A stretch of DNA of 64,000 nucleotides from Candidatus Omnitrophota bacterium (GCA_016928555.1 JAFGKM010000033.1:2509-66508), one strand, 5' to 3'. Positions 28,883 through 38,571 are shown, counted from the stretch's first letter. Made by a program: numbers and translations. The notes: a model not told the origin generated them from the sequence alone.

Positions 28883-30481
28883 TCAAGTGTCAAGAGTTGA
28901 CCCCATGAACAGAAGACGCGCCTGAATGATGACAGGGTTGCTCTTTATCTTATTCAGGGTTTCCGGCGACAGGGCGCTGTCAATATTAAGGAGAATTACC
29001 GCTTTCCCGCCCGCTTCCTTTCTTCCGACGGTCATGTCGGCGATGTTGATTCCGGCTTCCGTCAGCACCGCGGAGATATGCGCGACGGCGCCCGGCTTGT
29101 CATAGTTTTCACACAGCAGAAGGTATCCGTTGGGAGAAGCGTCAACGTGGTAATCGCCTATCCTGATGATGCGCGGGTCTTTTTTTGAAAAGAGGGTTCC
29201 CGCTACGGAACTTGCGCCTTTTGTCGTATGCACTTCAATCTTTATAAGGTTGGCGAAGTCCTCAACGTCCCTGCTTTTTGTCTCCGTAATCTTTATGCCC
29301 CGTTCCTGGGCTATGAACATGGAGTTCACATAATTTACCGAGCCGGGCACGGTCGGTTCAAGAAGTCCCTTGAGCAGTGAAAGGGTTATCGGCTGTGACG
29401 GGTATTCGGCGGTTTCGCCTCCGTAAAGGATGTTCAGCCGTTCAATATTGCCGTCAATCATGTGCGACTGGAAACAGCCGAGTTTTTCCGCAAGCGTTAT
29501 GTACGGCTGTATCTCCTGCAGTATGGACGGCTCAACGTACGGGAAATTCACCGCGTTTTCCACCACGTTGTCCTTAAGGACTTTTTTAACCTGCCGCGCT
29601 ATCTGCAGGGAGACGTTTGTCTGCGCCTCATGGGTTGAGGCGCCGAGGTGAGGGGTTGCGATTAATTCGTCCAGTTCCAGAAGAGGGCTGTCCACGGACG
29701 GTTCCTTTTCAAAAACGTCAAGCGCGCATCCTGCGACTTTTTTCTCTTTTATCGCCTTGTATAGAGCATCCTCGTCAATAATGCCTCCGCGGGAGCAGTT
29801 GATAATCCTGACTCCGGTTTTCATTTTGGCGAAGGCGTCTGCTCCTATCAGGTGATGTGTTTCTTTCGTGAGCGAAAGATGAAGGGTGATGTAATCCGCC
29901 TGCCCGAGAAGCTCGTCAAGGGAGACGAGTTTCACGGAGAGTTTTTTTGCTTTTTCAACCGAGACAAACGGGTCGTACGCGATGACCTCCATCCCGAATG
30001 CCGCCGCCCTTACGGCGACCGCACTGCCTATCCTGCCCAGCCCTATAATACCCAGCGTCTTGCCGTAAAGTTCCGTTCCGCTCAACTTGCTTTTTTCCCA
30101 CTTCCTGGAGCGAAGGGAAGAAACCGCCTGGTATATATTGCGGGACAAAGCCATAATGAGAGTCATTGCAAGTTCCGCTGTTGAAATTGTGTTCGCATCC
30201 GGGGCGTTCATAACTATTATGCCCTGTTTCGTAGCGGCGGGCACGTCAATGTTGTCCACGCCTACGCCGGCCCTTCCGATTACTTTCAGGTTTTTACCCG
30301 CCTTTATGACTTTCTCGTTCACCTTTGTGCGGCTTCTTACTATAAGCGCATCAAAGTTCCCCAGGCATTTTATGATTTCTTCTTCAGAAGGATTGACCAT
30401 GTAGGTAACTTCAAGGCCGTTCTCTTTCAGCAGATTCAGCGCATCTTCCCCGAATTGTTCCGTTATCAGTATTTTCGCCAT
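28883..30481 (-). CDS. serA: D-3-phosphoglycerate dehydrogenase
   Basis: IGRAGVGVDNID, GLGRIG, INCSRGG, TPHLGAST, C-terminal ASB/ACT domains. Confidence 0.96.
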   Translation of the reverse strand: MAKILITEQFGEDALNLLKENGLEVTYMVNPSEEEIIKCLGNFDALIVRSRTKVNEKVIKAGKNLKVIGRAGVGVDNIDVPAATKQGIIVMNAPDANTISTAELAMTLIMALSRNIYQAVSSLRSRKWEKSKLSGTELYGKTLGIIGLGRIGSAVAVRAAAFGMEVIAYDPFVSVEKAKKLSVKLVSLDELLGQADYITLHLSLTKETHHLIGADAFAKMKTGVRIINCSRGGIIDEDALYKAIKEKKVAGCALDVFEKEPSVDSPLLELDELIATPHLGASTHEAQTNVSLQIARQVKKVLKDNVVENAVNFPYVEPSILQEIQPYITLAEKLGCFQSHMIDGNIERLNILYGGETAEYPSQPITLSLLKGLLEPTVPGSVNYVNSMFIAQERGIKITETKSRDVEDFANLIKIEVHTTKGASSVAGTLFSKKDPRIIRIGDYHVDASPNGYLLLCENYDKPGAVAHISAVLTEAGINIADMTVGRKEAGGKAVILLNIDSALSPETLNKIKSNPVIIQARLLFMGSTLDT

Positions 30482-30644
30482 AGCTGTCAGTCTCCTTTTT
30501 ACCGCAAAGGTATTTTACTATAAAATCTCGCGAAATAAAATTCGGACAATAATTATAAATGGTGTAGAAATCAATCAAAATATTAAGTCTCTGACTGAAA
30601 CCGGCAGGTTAGAAATCGAGATTTTAATAGAGGCCTTTTTTGCT

Positions 30645-30899
30645 TTAAGGTTTCATTCCTCTGCGGGAAATATAATCGTTAAATTCCTCTGAAGTGGCGA
30701 AATCGGGTTTCTTGAGGCGCTCCCGTATTACTCTGAGGTCATTTTCATCCTCAATAACCTCCAGCAATTTTTCCCTGATTGCCTGAGAAACAAAAAAACT
30801 CATCTTCACGCCATGCTCTGCGCAGTATTTATCAAGAGATTCCTTAAGAACGGAAGGAATCCTTGCGCCTATAAGTTTTTCCTTTGCAGTGTCTGGCAT
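30645..30899 (-). CDS. RHH antitoxin-like protein (DUF6290/RelB-like), no adjacent toxin
   Basis: IGARIP..LKE.LD.YC...MS.FV..AI.EKL..IED..DL pattern. Confidence 0.65.
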   Translation of the reverse strand: MPDTAKEKLIGARIPSVLKESLDKYCAEHGVKMSFFVSQAIREKLLEVIEDENDLRVIRERLKKPDFATSEEFNDYISRRGMKP

Positions 30900-30926
30900 C
30901 TTTCTCCTTTGTTATTGTTTGCAAGC

Positions 30927-30957
30927 AAATGATAGCATAAGATATCATATTTGTCAA
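30927..30957 (-). promoter_or_regulatory. Promoter with overlapping inverted repeat (autoregulatory operator)
   Basis: TTGACA-N17-TATCAT on the minus strand; ATGATA-N8-TATCAT inverted repeat over the -10 and spacer. Confidence 0.6.
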
Positions 30958-31021
30958 ATTATTGGCGGAGTAAAATTTTAAGATGGAAGGAAAATCCGGA
31001 TTATGTTATTATAAAAGACAA

Positions 31022-31468
31022 ATGAAAAGAGGATTTGGAAAAGGGTTCAGCATGCTGGAACTGCTGATAGTCCTCTTAGTTTTATCCCTCCTTTTGCTTC
31101 CTACCATGGCATACTTCAACAGGTATCACCGTGCCATGCTTTTTGATTCAACCGCGGAAAAAATCGTTGAGGCGGTGGGGCTTGCGAGGGAATACGCCGT
31201 TAACGAAAGAAAGGAATTTTACGTAGTTTTCGGAGAAGAGGGGTTTATTGTTTTGAGGGAAAACAAAGAACCGGTGTGCAAGGAGCAGAAGTTTCCGGCA
31301 AATGTTGCGGTTAATAAAAAATCCGCGGGTTTTGACCCTGTGATTTTAAAACCTGACGGCACGGCGCAGACGGCCGGCTATCTCATACTGGGCGATTCTG
31401 TTGACAAAAAGGAAGTGAAGATTGTTCTTCACAACCTTACCGGCAGGTGTTTTATAGCCCGAGAATAG
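31022..31468 (+). CDS. Minor pseudopilin, GspH/FimT-like
   Basis: MKRGFGKG|FSMLELLIVLL; AREYAV; C-terminal V.F.PDG. Confidence 0.8.
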   Translation: MKRGFGKGFSMLELLIVLLVLSLLLLPTMAYFNRYHRAMLFDSTAEKIVEAVGLAREYAVNERKEFYVVFGEEGFIVLRENKEPVCKEQKFPANVAVNKKSAGFDPVILKPDGTAQTAGYLILGDSVDKKEVKIVLHNLTGRCFIARE

Positions 31469-31472
31469 AACT

Positions 31473-31955
31473 ATGTGCAAAAAAAGATACAGCGGTGCAA
31501 TTAATTTCAAAAATGTAGCAGTGCGATTCATCGCACATTTTCTTCGTGGCATAAATGCCACCGCTACAAAATATATATCATGCGGAAATATGCACGCAGG
31601 GATTACTTTTATAAGCGTTCTTGTCGCTTTTTTCATACTGGCGGTGGGCATCATAACCATTCTGCGGGTTTACCCCGCCATAGACAACCTTTCAGGCAGG
31701 GCGAAAAACTATGTTTCCGTTTCCATGGTAGCGGACAGGATTTTTGCCGTGATTGAAAATGTATACGGCGATGCCCATGGGCCTGCCGTGCCGTCTTTCA
31801 TTGAGGGGGTTGACGAAGAGTTTGCCGAATACGGCTATTCCGTATGGTTTGAAGAGGAAAAGCAGAGTTTGTACAGGGCTGATATTGAGATTCTTTTTAA
31901 GAGAGAGGGGAAGAGTGAGAAAGAATATTTTCAGGAGACTTTCCGGCGGAGGTAA
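31473..31955 (+). CDS. Minor pseudopilin, GspI/PilV-like (Ser instead of Glu at +5); alternative start 31590
   Basis: G|ITFISVLVAFFILAVG hydrophobic helix; position in an H-I-J-K-like cluster. Confidence 0.65.
   Translation: MCKKRYSGAINFKNVAVRFIAHFLRGINATATKYISCGNMHAGITFISVLVAFFILAVGIITILRVYPAIDNLSGRAKNYVSVSMVADRIFAVIENVYGDAHGPAVPSFIEGVDEEFAEYGYSVWFEEEKQSLYRADIEILFKREGKSEKEYFQETFRRR
31514..31568. repeat. GTAG-type REP doublet, inverted copy at 49604-49656
   Basis: TGTAGCAGTGCGATTCATCGCAC-N9-GTGGCATAAATGCCACCGCTACA. Confidence 0.85.
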
Positions 31956-32544
31956 AGGGGTTACGCTTCTGGAGATGGTAATATCTCTCATAATTTTCTG
32001 CATCGCCGTTCTTTCCGCGGTAACCATCTTCAGAAACTCGCTTTACAGGTTCGGCAGTCAGTCCGCCGAGAAGAAGATTTACTCCGAGGCGTCCCGCACG
32101 TTCGGGTACATTGAGAAATACCTGACTTCGGCGATGTGCAACGACATGAAAGGGGGCATGCGGATAAATTTCAAAGGGGAGAAAGAACGGATGCGGTTCG
32201 TGTCCCCTTTTTCCGAAGGGCCTGAATCCGACCTTGCGAAGTTCGGGGTATATTTTGATTCCGGAGCGCGCGCCGTTAAGGTTGCGGTGGAAAGGGTGGA
32301 CAGGGCAAACCCTGATTTCCGGTTTTCTCACGGGTTTCCGGGAGCGCAGGTTGCCGGCGAAGGGATAAGCGCCTTTGCTCTTTCGTTTTCCGGCGGCTCT
32401 TCATGGAAGGACGAATGGAACACTGAAAACATGGAAAATCCCGTTCTCCCCCGGCTTGTAAAGATTGAACTCACCTGTTTTTCAGGCAAAATTGAAGGAG
32501 TGAGAAGTGAAAAAACTTTCACCAAACTTATCAGGATTGACTGA
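31915..32544 (+). CDS. Minor pseudopilin, GspJ/PilW-like
   Basis: GTG start after GAGGGG; G|VTLLEMVISLIIF; C-terminal W.DEW......LPRLVKIEL GspJ motif. Confidence 0.8.
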   Translation: MRKNIFRRLSGGGKGVTLLEMVISLIIFCIAVLSAVTIFRNSLYRFGSQSAEKKIYSEASRTFGYIEKYLTSAMCNDMKGGMRINFKGEKERMRFVSPFSEGPESDLAKFGVYFDSGARAVKVAVERVDRANPDFRFSHGFPGAQVAGEGISAFALSFSGGSSWKDEWNTENMENPVLPRLVKIELTCFSGKIEGVRSEKTFTKLIRID

Positions 32545-34663
32545 CAAAAAAGGCGTCTCCGTCATTCTGACGCTGATGGTGCTCCTTATACTTTTTGCTT
32601 TCACCGCCGCAATGCTTTTTTTCTTCAACTGCTGGCAGAAAACAGCCCATAAGATGTACATCGGCAAGGATGCGCAGAGGCTTGCAAAAACAGGCATGGA
32701 GGCGGCGATATGGGAGATAGACAACGACGATACGCAATATGACGCCTTTACCGACACGTGGCGGACGAACTTTGAAGGGGATGACGTTGACCTCAACGAT
32801 GACGGAGCGCCTGACGCCCGCTGGCTGGAGGTGAAGGACAGGGAAGGCAATGTCATCGGCAGGTACGCGGTTCTTGTGGAGGATGAAAGCGGCAAGATAA
32901 ACGTCAATTACAGCGGAATGCCCGGAAGAATTCCTTCCTATGACGTGACGGACATAGATATTTTCAGCAGCATCATTGGAAAAGGGTGTGCGGAAGGCAT
33001 TGCGGGATACAGAAAAAAAAGGCCCTTTATTGACCCTGCCGATGTGAAACTTGTCAAGGGCGTTAATCAGGAGGCGTATGACAAAATTAAAAATTATATC
33101 ACCTGTTTCTCCTACGACCTGAACGTTAACAGGGAAGGGAAGTACAGGCTTAATCTGAATGACGCGCCTTTTGAAAAAATTTGCGGCGTTTTGAGAAACC
33201 TCGGGTATGATAACAGCCTTGCTTTGCAGATTGCGCTCAACATCGCCGCTTACAGGGGCAAAAGCAGGGTGCCACCCGTCTTTGAACTTGACGGGGATAA
33301 ACTTTTCGGCGTGAACAAAACGCCCTGTTTTAACGAGGTGGATGCGGTCAGGCCGTGGCGGAAGATATTCCTGGGCGAAACGATAATATTCAAAGAAGAG
33401 GGCGGGCAGTTCATAGAGCTCTTTAACCCGTATTCCGAGGCGCTGGACATAGGCAGTTGGAAGATAACGGGGCTGGTTACTCTCTTTTCCGGCATGTGGA
33501 AGGATGTTCTGCAGGAATCGCAGGATATACTTGACGATGTTACCGACGGAGAGACCGATATAGCGCCGGAAAGGGTGAAGAAAATAATAGACAACGTGGT
33601 TGCCGCCAACGTGATTATCCCGGGCGGGAAGAAAATTCCGCCGCGCTCTTTCTTTACAATCGGCGACCTGATAAGCATAATGATAGTGGTAATACCCGGG
33701 GAGCCGCCGATTGTTATCCCTCTTTTCATCCCCATACAGGAGCCGGGCGGATGCGGGCACTACGAGCCGATTCTTGCGCTGAACCCGGGGTCACTAGGTT
33801 TTCTCACCGATATTCTTGAGATGGTACCTTTCCTTTCCACCCTCGGGCTGGACTGCACACTGCGGTTATACGACAAAAAAGATAATCTCACAGAAGAGAC
33901 GGAGTATATCATAGACCTTCCCCAGACAACGGTGCAGAAAAATGACCCGAGGATGTTCGGAAAATTTGACTGGCTTCCGGGGCCTCCAACGCCGGGGAAG
34001 CTCAACGTAACGTTTCAGCCGTGGATAGGATGGGAGTTCGGCAAGGTTGACTGGCTTTTAAACTGGCCCTCGTCATTCAACGTGAAAAACGGCAGGTTTG
34101 TTTCTCTCGGCGAGCTGTCCTTAATCCACAAGAAAGAGCACTGGAAAACTCTTGATTTCTGGAAGACCGGCTACGACAGGCCCGTGCTGGATTATTTCAC
34201 CGTTGTTGAAAGGTCCGAAGAGCCGACGTTCGGCCGACTGAACATCAACACGTCTTCCCCAGCCGTGCTTGCCTGCCTTCCTCTCGTGGACGAAAAACTT
34301 GCGAAGGCGATTGCCGGAGCGGGTCCGTATAAGGACATATCGGAGGTGCTGGGGAAATACGGAAAAGGGTTTTCTCCGGCGGAGGTTTTGTCAAGGGGTA
34401 TAACAAAGTACGGTTTTGATTTCAGGGACAGCGATTTTGACTTCATGATAGACACGGAGAAAGAGAAAGAACTTATTTTTTCAAGGATTATAAACCTTAT
34501 AACCGTCAGGAGCAATGTCTTCAAAATAACCGCGCTGGGGCAAAAGGTGCTAAATGTAGATAATCATGGTAAAATAGAAGAACAGATTATAGCGGAGAAA
34601 AAAATAACCGTATGGTATGACAGGAAAAAGAAAAGGATTATCCATAAAAAGGAGCTTCAGTAA
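32507..34663 (+). CDS. GspK-like minor pseudopilin with HhH repeats and lamin-tail-domain-like insertion
   Basis: KKG|VSVILTLMVL, AKTGMEAAI, DESGKINVN, RLNINT, ITVRSNVFKITALG; FNEV...FIELFNP...DIGSWKI insertion. Confidence 0.8.
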   Translation: MKKLSPNLSGLTDKKGVSVILTLMVLLILFAFTAAMLFFFNCWQKTAHKMYIGKDAQRLAKTGMEAAIWEIDNDDTQYDAFTDTWRTNFEGDDVDLNDDGAPDARWLEVKDREGNVIGRYAVLVEDESGKINVNYSGMPGRIPSYDVTDIDIFSSIIGKGCAEGIAGYRKKRPFIDPADVKLVKGVNQEAYDKIKNYITCFSYDLNVNREGKYRLNLNDAPFEKICGVLRNLGYDNSLALQIALNIAAYRGKSRVPPVFELDGDKLFGVNKTPCFNEVDAVRPWRKIFLGETIIFKEEGGQFIELFNPYSEALDIGSWKITGLVTLFSGMWKDVLQESQDILDDVTDGETDIAPERVKKIIDNVVAANVIIPGGKKIPPRSFFTIGDLISIMIVVIPGEPPIVIPLFIPIQEPGGCGHYEPILALNPGSLGFLTDILEMVPFLSTLGLDCTLRLYDKKDNLTEETEYIIDLPQTTVQKNDPRMFGKFDWLPGPPTPGKLNVTFQPWIGWEFGKVDWLLNWPSSFNVKNGRFVSLGELSLIHKKEHWKTLDFWKTGYDRPVLDYFTVVERSEEPTFGRLNINTSSPAVLACLPLVDEKLAKAIAGAGPYKDISEVLGKYGKGFSPAEVLSRGITKYGFDFRDSDFDFMIDTEKEKELIFSRIINLITVRSNVFKITALGQKVLNVDNHGKIEEQIIAEKKITVWYDRKKKRIIHKKELQ

Positions 34664-34680
34664 AAAGCGGAGGAAGGCGG

Positions 34681-35577
34681 ATGAAGAAACTTAATATAAA
34701 AAGAATAACGGTTGTTTTTAAAAACCGCAAAACAAGAAGGATAATAATCATTTTGCTTGCAGCCGCTTTAGTCTCCTCGGCCGTTTTTTTCCTTATATCC
34801 TCAAAAAACAGGAATGTGCTTGCAGTAGTCAACGGATACCGGGTTACCGTAAGCGACCTTATGGTTGAGGTGGAAGTTTCGCCGGCCTTTTACAAGGAAT
34901 TTCTCAAGGCAAACCCCCAGGCGGTTCTTGATGATTATATCAATCAGGTTCTGCTCTTCAGAGAGGCGAAAAAGTATGAGAGAGAGCTGAAGAAGGGCGT
35001 TGAGGGCAAGATGAAAAACTACTACATGAAGATGCTTACCCAGGAGTATGTCGAAAAAAAACTTGTTAAAAAGGTGGAAATCGCCGATGAAGAAATTGCC
35101 GAATACTACAATGCGCACCTTGAGGATTTTGTCATCCCGGAAAGGGTGCGGCTCTTTGAGATAGTCCTTCCTTCCCAGCAGGCGGCCGAGGCCGTCAGGC
35201 GCAGGCTCAGTTTCGGTGAATCTTTTGAGGAGCTTGCGAGAAGGGAATCAATAACCCTTAGCCGCGAAAAAAACGGCGACCTGGGTTGGATTGACGTCAG
35301 GAAACTGGAGCCGGAGATATCGGTACTGGTTACAAGGATAAACCCGGGCGATATCCTTGCCAACATAATAAAGACCGAAGTGGGCTACCACATAATCAAG
35401 CTGGCAAGCAAGACTGAAAGAAGAATGCTTACCATGCAGGAAGCTTCTACGGAGATAAGAAGCATGATGATGTCGCAGGGCAAGAAACGCGAGGTGGATG
35501 CCCTTATAGCCGCAATGAGGGAAAAAGGCAATATCAGGGTTTTTCCTGACAGGGTTGAAAAACTTAAAACAAACTGA
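34681..35577 (+). CDS. PpiC/parvulin-type peptidylprolyl isomerase (PrsA-like)
   Basis: N-terminal TM helix, VVNG..VT, SFEELARRES, GDLGW, TEVGYHIIK. Confidence 0.88.
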   Translation: MKKLNIKRITVVFKNRKTRRIIIILLAAALVSSAVFFLISSKNRNVLAVVNGYRVTVSDLMVEVEVSPAFYKEFLKANPQAVLDDYINQVLLFREAKKYERELKKGVEGKMKNYYMKMLTQEYVEKKLVKKVEIADEEIAEYYNAHLEDFVIPERVRLFEIVLPSQQAAEAVRRRLSFGESFEELARRESITLSREKNGDLGWIDVRKLEPEISVLVTRINPGDILANIIKTEVGYHIIKLASKTERRMLTMQEASTEIRSMMMSQGKKREVDALIAAMREKGNIRVFPDRVEKLKTN

Positions 35578-35597
35578 AAACCGGAGGTAAAACGAAT

Positions 35598-35646
35598 AAA
35601 TTCCCCGGCCTCACCCTTTTGAAAAGGGGGAATTTAAGGGGGATTT
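35598..35646. repeat. C-rich/G-rich hairpin repeat (family A)
   Basis: AAATTCCCC...CCCTTTTGAAAAGGGGGAATTTAAGGGGGATTT. Confidence 0.65.
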
Positions 35647-35661
35647 GGACAAGGAGCTGCA

Positions 35662-36483
35662 ATGTCTACTTTACAAAAGATTATATCGGCAACAACGGTT
35701 GTTTTTCTGGCAGGAGCGGCGTGTTGTGAAAATATGTCCGTTGTTATGGTCGGAAACAAGGTGATTCTTGAAAGCGACGTTAGGGCAAAGATGGGCGAAA
35801 TAAACAAGGATTATGAAAATGCCCTCCGCGAACTGGTTGTTGAAAGGATGCTTGTTTTTCAGGCGGAGCAGGAAGGAATAGCAGCAACGCCTGAAGAGGT
35901 CGCTTTTGAAACGGCAAGGATAAAGGCCAATTTTCCCGATGAACAGGCATTTCTTGAGGGGCTGGCAAAGGAAAACCTGCCTTATGATATTTTTGTAAAA
36001 AAGGTTGAGGAGAACATAAAGTCAAGAAAACTGGTCAGGAAGAACATTACTGAAAAAGTGCAAATAACAATCCCTGAGATTACCGCAAAGATGAAGGAAC
36101 TGGAAGAAGCTGGCAGTTCTGCTTACAACGTAAGGATGAAGTGGTTTGAGGACGAAGCTTCTGCCGAAGCTTTTTTCAGCGGGTTTGACGCCTCAAAAGA
36201 AAGCGATATGAGCGAGGTTATCAAACTTTCCGCAGGAGACATTATGCCTGCCGTGCTTGCTGAAATAGAAAAACTGTCGGCCGGGGAGATAAGCAAACCT
36301 TTCAAGGTTGGAGACAGATACCTTGTCGTACTGCTTAAAGATACCGTGCAGGGAGAAAAGCCGGATGATTATTTGTTGTATAACAGGGCAAAGATTATAC
36401 TGCAGAACACCAAATTTTCTCAGGAATTTGACAGGTACCTGAAGGAATTGCAGGGAAAGATACCTGTTTTTTATACTAACTGA
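35662..36483 (+). CDS. SurA N-terminal domain protein with degenerate PPIase domain
   Basis: VGNKVILESDV, LVVERMLVFQAEQ.GI; upstream of pdxA-rsmA as in the conserved surA-pdxA-ksgA order. Confidence 0.75.
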   Translation: MSTLQKIISATTVVFLAGAACCENMSVVMVGNKVILESDVRAKMGEINKDYENALRELVVERMLVFQAEQEGIAATPEEVAFETARIKANFPDEQAFLEGLAKENLPYDIFVKKVEENIKSRKLVRKNITEKVQITIPEITAKMKELEEAGSSAYNVRMKWFEDEASAEAFFSGFDASKESDMSEVIKLSAGDIMPAVLAEIEKLSAGEISKPFKVGDRYLVVLLKDTVQGEKPDDYLLYNRAKIILQNTKFSQEFDRYLKELQGKIPVFYTN

Positions 36484-36510
36484 CACCGGTTTGATTTCCA
36501 ATTAATCCTT

Positions 36511-36567
36511 GGCAGCCGCAGGTTCCTCCTTCGCCAAGGCTTTGGAGGATAAACTTCAGCTTGCGTC
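36511..36567 (+). repeat. GTAG-type REP with 30-nt insert; second copy 43427-43483
   Basis: GGCAGCCGCAGGT[TCCTCCTTCGCCAAGGCTTTGGAGGATAAA]CTTCAGCTTGCGTC. Confidence 0.85.
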
Positions 36568-36585
36568 TGGATTATCCCGAATAAA

Positions 36586-37545
36586 ATGAATTGCAAAAGA
36601 GGAAAGAAAGTAATAGGCGTTTCACTGGGGGACCCTGCCGGCATCGGACCTGAACTTTTGTTGAAAGCCCTTCCCGAAATAAAGAAAATAAAAGGGGCCG
36701 AGCCTCTTGTAATAGGCGATGCGGCCGTCATTGAAAAAAACGCCTGCTTTTTCGGAACTAAAGCCAAGCCGAATATTTACAGCCCTGATGTTATCCGAAA
36801 CGGCGTTTTTCCCCGGAGTAAAGATTCAAAAATCTGCGGAAAGGCATCCTTTATTTATGTTGAAGAAGCAATTGAACTCTGGAAAAAACGCCGGATTGAC
36901 GCGCTTGTCACACTGCCCATTTCAAAAAAAGCATGGCATATGGCGGGATTTCTTTATTCCGGACATACAGAATTGCTTGCGGAAAGGCTTAAGGCGAAAA
37001 AATACGCCATGATAATGATTGCCGACAGGCTGAGAGTTCTGCTTGTCACCGCCCATATACCCTTAAAAGACGTTTCAAAGTCAATAACCACGGGTCTTAT
37101 AGTTGACAAGCTCATTACGGGATATGACTTTCTTGTCCGGTCGGGAGTAAAGAAGCCTGTCATAGGGATTGCCTCGGTTAACCCTCACGGCGGGGAAGGC
37201 GGTATTCTCGGCACTGAAGAAAAAGAAGCCATAATCCCGGCTGTTGCGGCCCTGCGTAAAAAAGGAATAGCCTGCAAAGGTCCGTTTCCCGCCGATGCGA
37301 TATTTAAAAAAGCCCTCGCCGGCGATATGGATATGGTTGCGGCAATGTATCATGACCAGGCGCTTATCCCGCTTAAAACGTTTTATTTTGACAAGCTTGT
37401 GAATTGCACGGCAGGCCTGGCTATGGTGCGGACGAGTCCGGGGCACGGCACCGGTTTTGACATCGCATACAAGGGGAAGGCGAACCCTTCCTCTTTTATT
37501 GAAGCTTATAAAACGGCGGTTTCTCTGACAAAAAAACTGTGCTGA
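36586..37545 (+). CDS. pdxA: 4-hydroxythreonine-4-phosphate dehydrogenase
   Basis: GDPAGIGPE, GHTE, NPHGGEGG.LG.EE, MYHDQ, RTSPGHGT. Confidence 0.95.
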   Translation: MNCKRGKKVIGVSLGDPAGIGPELLLKALPEIKKIKGAEPLVIGDAAVIEKNACFFGTKAKPNIYSPDVIRNGVFPRSKDSKICGKASFIYVEEAIELWKKRRIDALVTLPISKKAWHMAGFLYSGHTELLAERLKAKKYAMIMIADRLRVLLVTAHIPLKDVSKSITTGLIVDKLITGYDFLVRSGVKKPVIGIASVNPHGGEGGILGTEEKEAIIPAVAALRKKGIACKGPFPADAIFKKALAGDMDMVAAMYHDQALIPLKTFYFDKLVNCTAGLAMVRTSPGHGTGFDIAYKGKANPSSFIEAYKTAVSLTKKLC

Positions 37546-37552
37546 GGAACAC

Positions 37553-38401
37553 ATGGAATTTCTGACATTAACAAAAACCCTGAAACTGCTGGAAGAGAAA
37601 AACATAAACTTGAAGAAATATCTCGGCCAGCATTTTCTCATAGACAGGAACTGCAGGGACAAAACCCTGTCCTTTGCCGATTTCAATGAAAAGGATACCG
37701 TGGTTGAGATAGGCCCCGGCTTCGGAGCGCTTACCGACGGTTTCATTGAGAAGGTAAAAGAAGTATACGCGTTTGAGATAGACCCGGCATTCTGCGAAAT
37801 TCTTAAAGAGCGGTTTCTACCCCTGGGGAATTTCCGTCTGCTTCAACAGGATTTTCTTGACACTCCCGCAGAATGGTGGGATTCGATGAACGGCAAGGTA
37901 AAGGTAATCAGCAACACGCCCTATTACATCAGCTCGCCGATAGTCTTCCGCATTCTGGAACTCCGAAAGAATGTAGAGCTCGCCCTGCTGACCGTACAGA
38001 AAGAGGTCGGGGAGAGGTTTACGGCCTCCCCGGGCAGTAAAAATTACGGGGCAATTTCCGTGCTTATGTCCATTTACTGCCATGCGAAAATATGTTATTC
38101 TTTGAAAAGAGACGTTTTCTTTCCAAAGCCGGAAGTCAGTTCGGTTGCGGTGAAGATAGTTCCTCTTGAAAACCCGAAATTCAATATAGTCGACGAACGC
38201 AAGTTCTGTGAGTTTTTGCCTCTTATTTTCAGTTTCAGAAGGAAAAAAGTGCCCAATGTGGCGAACAAAATTTTCAAGGCGGACAAAAAAGCTTTTATGA
38301 AAGCGCTTGAAAGGGTAAACATCTCTCCGGATGAAAGGGCTGAAAACCTTCCCCCCGGGGATATATACAAAATTTTTACAATTATTAACCCCTCATCGTA
38401 A
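37553..38401 (+). CDS. rsmA: 16S rRNA adenine dimethyltransferase
   Basis: LGQHFL, VEIGPGFG, NTPYYISS, VQKEV, FFPKP.V.S. Confidence 0.95.
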   Translation: MEFLTLTKTLKLLEEKNINLKKYLGQHFLIDRNCRDKTLSFADFNEKDTVVEIGPGFGALTDGFIEKVKEVYAFEIDPAFCEILKERFLPLGNFRLLQQDFLDTPAEWWDSMNGKVKVISNTPYYISSPIVFRILELRKNVELALLTVQKEVGERFTASPGSKNYGAISVLMSIYCHAKICYSLKRDVFFPKPEVSSVAVKIVPLENPKFNIVDERKFCEFLPLIFSFRRKKVPNVANKIFKADKKAFMKALERVNISPDERAENLPPGDIYKIFTIINPSS

Positions 38402-38402
38402 T

Positions 38403-38537
38403 TGTTATTGCGAGGAGTGGAACGACGAATCAATCTCAATTAGATTGCCGCTGAATATTCACCCCCTCCTTTTATCCTCCCCCCTCGAGGGGGAGGAAGA
38501 TAGGTGGGGGGGCAACCTTTTTCAGGCTCGCAATGAC
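38403..38537. repeat. RPE-like GTCATTGCGAG element carrying a nested family B hairpin
   Basis: TGTTATTGCGAGGAGTGGAACGACGAATCAATCTCAATTAGATTGCCGC-[hairpin]-CTCGCAATGAC; uninterrupted version at 46968-47038. Confidence 0.85.
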
Positions 38538-38571
38538 TAATACGTTGGGGTTAAATACAGGAGAACAAATT

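Noticed and set aside
32531-33760. 409-aa antisense ORF (and similar shadow ORFs such as 17452-18348, 20920-21777, 53624-54346, 59636-60256)
   Set aside because: They lie opposite well-supported genes, have no recognisable motifs, and are typical antisense shadows.
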